Shown here in pieces: positions 55,331-64,000 of a DNA stretch of 64,000 nucleotides (within the stretch, counting starts at the first letter, position 1; the number at the start of each line of letters is the position of its first letter). Under the pieces are notes generated by a model that saw nothing but the letters and a program-made list of their open reading frames with translations, ran no database searches and had not been told where the DNA came from. The stretch is from assembly GCF_009914755.1 (NCBI RefSeq), contig NC_060926.1. One strand, given 5' to 3'. Position numbers and translations under genes: made by a program. The stretch is from the human T2T-CHM13v2.0 reference genome, Homo sapiens.

Positions 55331-56507
55331 ATGAAAGTTTAGGCAAACTTTCAATCAAAACTGAATGCCTGCTATTTATGTACTACAGATGTTGACAAAG
55401 GTTCTGCCCTACAGAAATTCCAGCCTAGGTGAAGAATGACACCCCTGAAATCATTTAAGTAGCTAACAAGGCAGTACACAATTAGGTGTCAAAATGAATG
55501 ATGAATGATTAACAAAGACCACAAATTCAGAGGGAGCATGCAGGACTGAACAGAAATGGCGAAAGGCGGTAGGAGAGAGGCTGCTGCAGTGCCCCATGGT
55601 GAAGGCAGTGGGAGAGTGATCAAAAGAGGATGTAACAGGCACTGATGCCACTTGGTGAAGGGTCAAAACTGAATCCAGTGGGGCAGGCAGAATAATCATA
55701 GCATTAATAAAAAACTGAAAACTGGAGGTGGCGCAAGATAATTCTGCCCTGGACACATGCAGTGTGCACCAGCAGCTAGACACACACAGGGAGGAAGACA
55801 ACCAACAGGCAATTGGAGAGCAGCAACTGTCAGCTAGGGCACAACCAGAACCGAGAAGTACAGAGTCACCGAAACAATGCCAGATGCTGCTTACAAGAGA
55901 CCGTAGGGGAAAATTCAGCTGTAGGAAAAGGGCCTCTTGGTCTGGCAAGGCCAATCAGAGCGCTTGAGTCACATATAGGCAAGAGAGAGAACACCTAAAA
56001 TATCAAGCACCTAGCAAAGATTTTATTTTCCTCCAAGAGTAATTTGGCTTATTGCTACTCTGGATAGTAACAATTAGATGAGTTTACATCTACTCCCAAA
56101 GCAATCTTGTTGGCAGATGTCTATGAGGGTCCACTGTAAGAATTAGAAGGAGGAGGAAAATGGTCATTAGCAAGAGGAAAAAAGGACACACTTTTTCCAA
56201 CTACAAAACTCCAATGCTCCATCAGGCAACAGCCTTTAGTAAAAGCAGGCTACAAACGTTCATTAGTGAAGCACTTATTAAATAACATTCTATTTACAAG
56301 GCCCTAAATTAAAAGGTACCCACTCTACCCCATACAAAGGGTTAACACATCTCACTCTTAAGAAAATCACTTTCAAAAACATTTTAACATTATCGAGTAA
56401 TAAGTAGGTTAAAAATAGTTTGGTTAAGAAAAAGTAAATAACACTCCTAGTCAATTTGGCTACCCTTAGAAAACTATTAGATTCTTATCTGTTTTCTTGT
56501 GGTCTTT

Positions 56508-56836
56508 AGTCCTATGCACTTTTCTCATATGCTTTGTAAATACTTTTGTACTGTGTTTTGCACCTATGTCACAAATACAGCTTAAAACAAAAATTTGTGC
56601 ATGAAACTATAGTACACTGGCAAAAAATTTTTAAAGTCCTAATAAAGGCTGTCAAACGTTACCCTGCCATTTAATTGCCAATTAATAAAACATGTGACAA
56701 TGAAATTTAAATTGTCATAAATTGAAACATTCTTGAAAACTTATTCGAATTTATATTTACTAGATACATAAACTATAGCTTCTCATTTATAATAAATGCC
56801 TTCCAAAAACCCACTTCACAATGAAATTATATTACA
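56508..56836 (+). repeat. Copy 2 of a ~330-bp dispersed direct duplication
   Basis: Nearly identical to 54997-55330 (scattered substitutions, one 5-bp indel). Confidence 0.92.
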
Positions 56837-59682
56837 TGATATATAATGCTTTTTTAAAAAAGGTCTTATTTGCCAGTCATAATGGGCTGCTTTATAATTC
56901 AAAAGACTACTAAAAGTATACATTTAATATATACACATACACATGTATTTTCACTATATATTTTAAAAATATATTTTCACAACTCACACACATTTTTGCT
57001 ATTCTCAGTATCTAGATGTTAGCCTCAAGACAAAATCTTGCCACCAATCTAGAACTAGTTATTTGTAGTGATTATAACAACTTCTATCTCTGGAAACTCT
57101 TTCAAAGTCCTTACAAACTTTACATCACAGCCAAAACCATCTCAAAGGTACCTTTCCTCTGGACTAGTGATAGCACACTCCCATAGCTCAGTTAAGTCAT
57201 ATAGGATGTTAAGACAAGGAATGGTCCATGCTTCTGACTCAAGAAAATCAACATCAAGTCCAAACATGAAAAACTACATTAGGTAATTTATTTCTGCAGC
57301 TTTTCTTCAGGAGACAATGAGTTTTATTGTCTTTTAAAGATTTTGCAGTGAAATTATACAGTAATGAAGGAAAAGAAATACAAACATACAAAATACCTGC
57401 AGAATCATCATTAAAACTGCAGGTAAATCTTAACTTTGAAATTTTAAACTAGTTTATGCTACTTCAATAGACACAAAATTCCTCCGGGTGTGAATGATCA
57501 AACTGAACTCAGCCATCTTCAGAAATCTGCCCAAACTTGCTGAAAAACTCAACAGTACCTTTTAGGACAAATACTGTATTTGTGCCTCATCAGATGCCAG
57601 ACTCACAGTGTCACAATCACGTAAGAAAATAAATTGCTTTTCCCCTACTTACTCAGAAACAATACTGGAATATGATCAGTTTTAAAGGAGAAGCCATTTC
57701 TGGAGATACCTTCACAGAATATTTGATTAGAACCAGATCTGTTTATGATGGGTAGAGGCCTATGTTCTATATCAGCATCATCTCCATTAATATCTTGGAT
57801 AACCGCACACACAAATTGTTCATACAGAAAAGCATGGGCCACAAAGGATATCTGATTCACCCAGGCCACTGGCTGATTCAACCACCCCTTTAATACATAC
57901 TTAACACCCTGGCAAGTATTCTCCTCATCCAATCCTTACACACATTTATGGGTATTAGAGAGGTGCACTAACATGTATAAACTATGCAAATGAGAAATTA
58001 GCAAATATATTTTAGGCTGACAGTTCTCAAACAAAAGGTTTGTTTACTTAACTTTACCCAGAGTAAAGTTTTTATTAGCATATAAAATGGCTGTTGGAAA
58101 AATCAGCAGCAGTAGAAGGAAAATACAAACTTAATGCTTTACTAGATTCAACCATTATTTCAATTCCCTGTGCTAAGGGCGCATGAAGACAGTCATTCAC
58201 TCAAAGGCTAAGCGCCAGTGTGTCTGGCACTGTGCAAGGTAAGCAAAGGAACAGAAAAACAAGGACACAATACCCACCAAGGTCTACTTGAAGTCCCACC
58301 CAAAAAATGTCCATTAAATTACTGCACTATTTTGGGTTCACTGAACACCCACTACAGGCCAAAATGCTAGGTGCCACGATCACACATAAGAAAGAACACT
58401 CAACTAACTGCAGATCTGTGGCCAATGATGTATTATGACAACCCCAGGACCGACTAGTCCTAAAGCGGCAATATTTTATTCTGGAAATAATTTTGCTTCC
58501 ATCAATTAATCCTTTCTATAGACGACAATTCTTTGAATAATTTCCACCAATGTTAACTCAGACTAAGGTTGCTTAGAGAGTTAGATAAGGGAATGTAATG
58601 TGGACAAAAATAAAAGAAACAGTATACTGAAGCACATTTGCACTTTAATACTAATTTGGTTTGTATTTGCTTTTACCTTCAGCAACAATAAAAAGCAAGT
58701 GACTTTAGTCATAAAGTAGAATGTTAACTCTAAAATTACCGTGGCAAGAAATTGTTTTCTTGTACAGGCAGTTTCATGTGCAATGCTAAACTAACAAGTT
58801 TTGCGTGGTTTGTTTTTTTTTTAAACTATTCACTTAGTCAATTCTTCATGAAGGCTCTGTGACCATTCACATGTCCCTTGGCTCAAAAAGAGGTAGTGTA
58901 GATGAAATTACACTGATTTGGTCTTCAAGATTACAAAATAATTTTTGACCCTGTCCAAGTACCCGTTTTGCAGCAGTACAATACTAATGAGATTTTTAAA
59001 ATAGGGGCCAGCCCTTAACTGTAAATTATAGATAAATGCTTGCAAGCTGGCAACTTCACGTTTATTTTTAAAGGCTTTCACATCAAAGATAAAGGCACCG
59101 AATCACGTATTTTAAAATAAGAAATGTAAACAGGCTTTCAACAGCTTACTAAAGAGTTAAATGGAATTGTATTTAGGTCTAATAATAAAGTTATCAATAA
59201 CGCAGAGACACTAAAGGAGGAAGCTACAGGACCAAGATTTCCCCTCGAAGAAATGTCTGAACAAATTCAAAGTGAAATTTTTTAAGCTGTGTCTCGCTAT
59301 TTTTACCACATTTTAAAGTAAGCTCTGTCTGCATGCAACCAACCGCAACCAAGAAAACAGAAGTGTCCTAAAATGTACCTATTCGCCGCAATAAAGCCAA
59401 AAAATATGCCCCTCCTACCTAGCGGGCCAAGTGGCAAGAACGTACGAGAAGTCAGGAAGTTTTGAAATGGCAGTGACAGGAGACGGGGGAAGGCACGGGA
59501 AGGAATCACGGAGAGCGAAGGCCACTCCGTGCGGCGGGCGCCGCGAGGTCCCGGCTCGGGACGGTACCCGACCGCCCAACTTTGCGCCGGAGCCCCGGCC
59601 GCGGCCCTTCCTCCCGGCCCAGCCCTCCCGGCCTCCGCGAGAGCGGGGTGACAGCCCCGCCGCAGGGACGCCGCCGGGGGAC

Positions 59683-59691
59683 ACCCACCTT
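59683..59691 (-). promoter_or_regulatory. TMEM131: 5' splice donor of TMEM131 intron 1 (AAG|gtgggt)
   Basis: Reverse complement of 'acccacctt'. Falls where the ORF stops matching the recalled protein (...AEKE|A). Confidence 0.88.
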
Positions 59692-59875
59692 CCTTCTCGG
59701 CCCGCGCCGCAGCCACTACGAGGGTCATCACCAGGTGCAGCGCGCCTAGGAGGCCGGCGGCCGCGCTCCGCGGGCCCCCGCTACGGGCGGCCGCAGGTTC
59801 CAGCCCGGCCCCGGCGGACGTGGAGACGGCGGCGGTGGTGGCTCCGGTTGCTCCTCCTCCCGCCCGCTTCCCCAT
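59689..59875 (-). CDS. TMEM131: TMEM131 first coding exon (MGKRAGGGATG...LVVAAARAEKE + 1 nt), containing the N-terminal hydrophobic signal-like segment
   Basis: Translation matches the recalled human TMEM131 N-terminus. Strong Kozak (CAGGG ATG G). Ends at GAAG|gtgggt donor (187 nt, phase 1). Lies in a CpG island. Confidence 0.93.
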
Positions 59876-60944
59876 CCCTGCCGGCCGGGGGCCGCCGCGC
59901 TCGAGGTCCGGCGCGGCCCTTCTCGGCGAGGCGGCGGCGGCGCGGAAGCCGTGGTCCGGGCTCTGGCCGCGGCGCCGGGAGCGACAACGGTTGCGAGCCC
60001 GGGGCTCGATCTCCGAGCGTGGGCCTGGGTCCGTGCGTGCGTGTGAGCGAGAGTGTCAGTCACGGTCTTTGCCTGGGCATCGCCTACAAGCAGTCGGAGC
60101 GGAGAGGCCGCGGGTCAGGCGCGGCGGGCGGCCATACTGGAAACGGGCACGGCCCGCGAGCCCTGAGCGCTGGCCTGCGAGGGGCGGGGCGCGGCTCTGG
60201 GCACCGCCCACGCTGTGCCGACACCTGGGCTGTCCGGCGGTCAGTCTGTCCGCCCCGGAGCCCCCTGGGCCCCACCTCCTCGTCCCGCTCTCGGAGGCCT
60301 GCGGCTTCACGGCCAGACAGAACCAGGACAGAACAACCCCAGCCCGTTACCGCTACCTGGCGCAGGAGAAGGAGGGAGGCAGGCCCAGGTCCAGCTGCCA
60401 GGACTTATGATGGCGGCTTCTGCTTCGCGGAGGCGGTGTCGGCAATCACGTGGAGACGGGGCGGCCTCGCCGCGCAGCCGCCGCGTTGCGTGGGCGGGGC
60501 AGGGGCGGAGTTGCGGGGCGCTAACCTCTTCTCCGGCGCCTGGGCAATCCTCCGTGCTCTGTCCTACAGTGGTAGAGCCTTCCAGGGGTGTGAGTGCGCA
60601 TACAGACCGCGAGACGAGCGCGGAAGGTCCGTTCCAGTGACTCTTCCTGGTGGCACCCCCACCTCTCGACCGCTTTGACGTCGAGAATACCCCGGGCCTG
60701 ACTCAGTTCTTGATGGTGCTTCCTTGAGGATGGTGGCCCGCTGAACTCATCCTTGGGTCTTCCAAATCATGGTACCCAGGAGGAGCTTGATGGAGTCCTC
60801 TTGCCTTGGCTTGTGCCCACATTGGCGCGGAACACCTCGTGTGCAGAAAGCGTCGGTGACTCTGGATGGAGAAGGCAGGGGCAAACAGACTGCTCTTTAG
60901 AATATCCAGTAGCCGGCTTCCTCTCTCGAGGAAGAATTCTTTTT

Positions 60945-61311
<367 letters not shown>

Positions 61312-61620
61312 TAATTTAAGCTCTTGGAGGGGGTCCTTCTTTACTCATCTTAGTAACTTCCTCCCAGCTTGTAGCCCAGAGACATTTTACTTTCCTTAGC
61401 TGTATTTGTTGAGTGAGTCGATATATGTGTAAGGCCAAGTCTGCCCACAGTACGTCTCAGAACAAGCTAGATAGGAAAATAAGGTTTCAGAAAGACAAAA
61501 GGAACTCCAGAATCTACTCTATGAAGTAGTCCCCTGTGTCAAGCAAGCACTTAAATTTATTCATAAATTAATATATATTTAAATATGACCTTAGCCTAAT
61601 GATTTTAAAAAGCAATTTTA

Positions 61621-61905
<285 letters not shown>

Positions 61906-62305
61906 ATCATAAGCAATTTTACTTTTTTGAATATTAGCCTTAAAATTGAGTAGTCAAATTTTATTTTGATGTAATGAAATAGGAATAATTATCTCTTAAG
62001 TTGGCGTTTAAAATGTCTGAGGCAAGAGATTTCTGGAAGGCTTTTGACTCACGGAAGAGATCAAACCCAAGGATATGTAACTGAGCGCTTTTGCTTAGCC
62101 TCCAACGTGCTAGCTCTGCAAGTCAGCAGCCCTTCCCCCATGGCCAGATTCAGGACAAACAAGCCTTTCCAACCATGAAGTGCTGAGGTTCTCTTACACA
62201 GCAATCAGCCACATCCCCTGGTTAGCCTGAGGCTCAGCAGCTCCATGGGAAATAACTTGCACCTGTCTGTAATTGGATCTTTAGACGTATACAGACATGT
62301 TTGAT

Positions 62306-62486
62306 CAGAGTTCGATTTCCCATGCAGCTAATGAAGCTTAAGCCGCAGGGCCCCCTCTCTTGCACAAGTTCCTTCCAAGTCCCTGAACCTAATTGTGTAT
62401 TTATAAGCCTGTATTCTTGTTCTTAAAGGAGCCCTCCCAATAGTTGGGTAGGCTTTTAAGGCCCACCATACCTGAACCCTCCCCTG
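62306..62486. mobile_element. MER53-like non-autonomous hAT element
   Basis: 'gctaatgaagcttaagc…cagggcccc…cttaaag…cccctg' resembles recalled MER53. Confidence 0.65.
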
Positions 62487-62849
62487 TGCCTGAGGGACAC
62501 TAGGAGCAGGAGGGGTGATGATGGAACTTTCCTCCCAGGAAAGGACAATGAGGCCACTGAGAGTCTAACAGTGAAAGACGTTTTGCTAGACAGCATGGTA
62601 AACTGTGTGTTAGAGAGAACCTGGCGTGGAGCCACCATCACCCTATGATCCTCTACCCCCACTCCCCAACCCTCATGTGTCTCAGGAGAGAACCAGGAGT
62701 TAAAATTGAAGGAACCATCACACTAAGGACTCTCAAATAGTTCTGATTAGTTGTGAACTTTTCTCTTTTTCCCTTTTGGAAATTGGAGAGACCTGGCCAT
62801 TTGGCAGGTGGAGGTATTAGCTGGCAGAGTCAGGGAAAACTCGCTAAAC

Positions 62850-63035
62850 CAGTGGTTCTCAAGGTGTCATCCCCAGACCAGCTGTAGCAGCAACACCTGG
62901 GAACCTGTTAGAAGTGCAAATTAGCAGGCCAAATCCCAGACCTGTGGAATCAGGAATTCTGGGTTGAGGTCCAACAATCTGTTTAAACAAGGCATCCAAG
63001 TGATTCTGATACAGGCTCAAGATTGAAGACTGTTG
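62850..63035. mobile_element. MER5A
   Basis: 'cagtggttctcaag…cacctgggaacctgttagaagtgcaaatt…gtgattctgat'. Confidence 0.8.
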
Positions 63036-63129
63036 CACAGTGATATATGCCAGGAGCTACAAGCTGTTGGGACTCCTCACTTTCTGTTCATTTTGCTCTC
63101 TATGCAGGTTAGTAATTTACCATTCAAGG

Positions 63130-63900
63130 CAGAATTATAAGAGACTCAGACAAATTTGAACTTAAATCCCATCCCTGCCTTTACTAGCTATATGATGCTG
63201 AGCAAATGACTTTTCTGGCCTCAGATTCCTAATCTGTAAAAATGGGGATTATGATATAAATTTGGGGAGATTAAGCATATAGGTTTGTGAAGCATATAGA
63301 CTAGTGTCTGGGACATAGGAGACTGTCAAAAGTAGCTATTAGTGAGCACTCACTCTTTTCAAAACACCACATTAGGCACGAAGATCCTTGATCCATTGAT
63401 ACCTCCACTTCATTCCACAAAATACTTAAGGAGGTGTGCAAGAATGCCTTCTATGAATTAAAACTGGAACTAGGAGGGAGTAAACTGTTGGGCTTTCCAG
63501 GGTTCTATCTCCTTTGCTGCATAGGTGAATGCACCTGGTATCCTGCCGTTCAACACCATCTATACACTTTCAGGTCCCCACTTCATGTCACCAGCCAGAC
63601 CTCGCTGTCTCTATTGCTGTTTCCACTCAGGTGTATAATGAGGTGTCTTAAACTCACATGAACTCCACATCTTCCCATGCAAACATGCTTCACCCACAGC
63701 CTTTCCTATCTCCAGGGCAACTCCAACCATCCAGTTGCACAGGCCAAAAACCTGGGAGTCATTCTTTACTCTCTCCACATGTACCCAAATCTAACTGCTT
63801 CTCACCACCTGCACTACTCCACTCTGGTATGAGCCCTGTCATCCGCTGCCTGGATTTCTGCAAGAGCTTCCTAACAGGTTTCCCTGTTTCCACCTGTAAA
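63130..63900. mobile_element. MIR (~63130-63330) and L2 (~63600-63900) remnants
   Basis: 'cctcagattcctaatctgtaaaaatgggg' (MIR); 'caggccaaaaacctgggagtcattc…gcttcctaacaggtttccctg' (L2). Confidence 0.65.
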
Positions 63901-64000
63901 AGAAAATTTTCCACTTACAACACTTGCATAGTAGATATCAAAACGGAATGCTATGCTCTACCACAACTGGTTCTAACCAACTGAAGCAGATCAAGGACTG

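Larger units (their letters stand above)
59500..60700. promoter_or_regulatory. CpG island / TMEM131 promoter and 5'UTR
   Basis: Very GC/CpG-rich. GC boxes (ggggcggggc 60181, ggggcggag ~60502), YY1-like gatggcggc (~60409), E-box cacgtg (~60447), CRE-like tgacgtc (~60676). Confidence 0.9.

Noticed and set aside
54997-56836. Direct repeats as the LTRs of an unknown retroelement
   Set aside because: No TG…CA termini, PBS, PPT or TSD, and the spacer looks like L2-type debris. Kept only as a local duplication.
57645-57932. 95-aa minus-strand ORF in non-Alu/L1 sequence
   Set aside because: Non-ATG start in the track, no recognisable homology or splice context. Possibly an ancient CR1/L3 remnant, but unsupported.
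59303-59875. 190-aa ORF as a complete single-exon gene
   Set aside because: Only the first 62 codons match TMEM131, and a canonical donor sits at 59688.
59431-60678. 415-aa + strand ORF and other overlapping R/G/P/A-rich ORFs
   Set aside because: Expected from stop-codon scarcity in a CpG island. GTG start, no recognisable domain, antisense to the TMEM131 exon.

Overview
Human (primate) genomic DNA. It holds the CpG-island promoter and first coding exon of TMEM131 (minus strand, CDS 59875-59689, 62 codons + 1 nt, GT donor), about 59.7 kb of its first intron, and about 3 kb of upstream sequence. The intron is mostly transposon debris: a 5'-truncated primate L1PA, several old L1M elements, about 18 Alus, a near full-length Tigger1, an LTR14B-like solo LTR, MLT1/MST/MER21 LTRs, and MIR/L2/MER5/MER53 remnants. 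Almost all listed ORFs are repeat-derived or CpG-island artefacts. The most unusual items are: (1) a ~970-bp miniature two-LTR element (LTR3/HML-6-like) with a perfect 6-bp TSD, whose ~220-bp interior joins a PBS, an antisense MER4-type LTR fragment, an inverted second PBS/leader and a PPT through microhomologies; (2) three dispersed local copy-paste duplications and several fold-back filler scars that look like template-switch repair; (3) a 5'-truncated processed mRNA 3'UTR retrocopy inside an L1; (4) two 6-codon candidate uORFs in the TMEM131 leader. Repeat subfamily names and the gene identity come from recalled consensus sequences, not from a database search. Boundaries of old elements are approximate. 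I see no evidence for a new protein-coding system.
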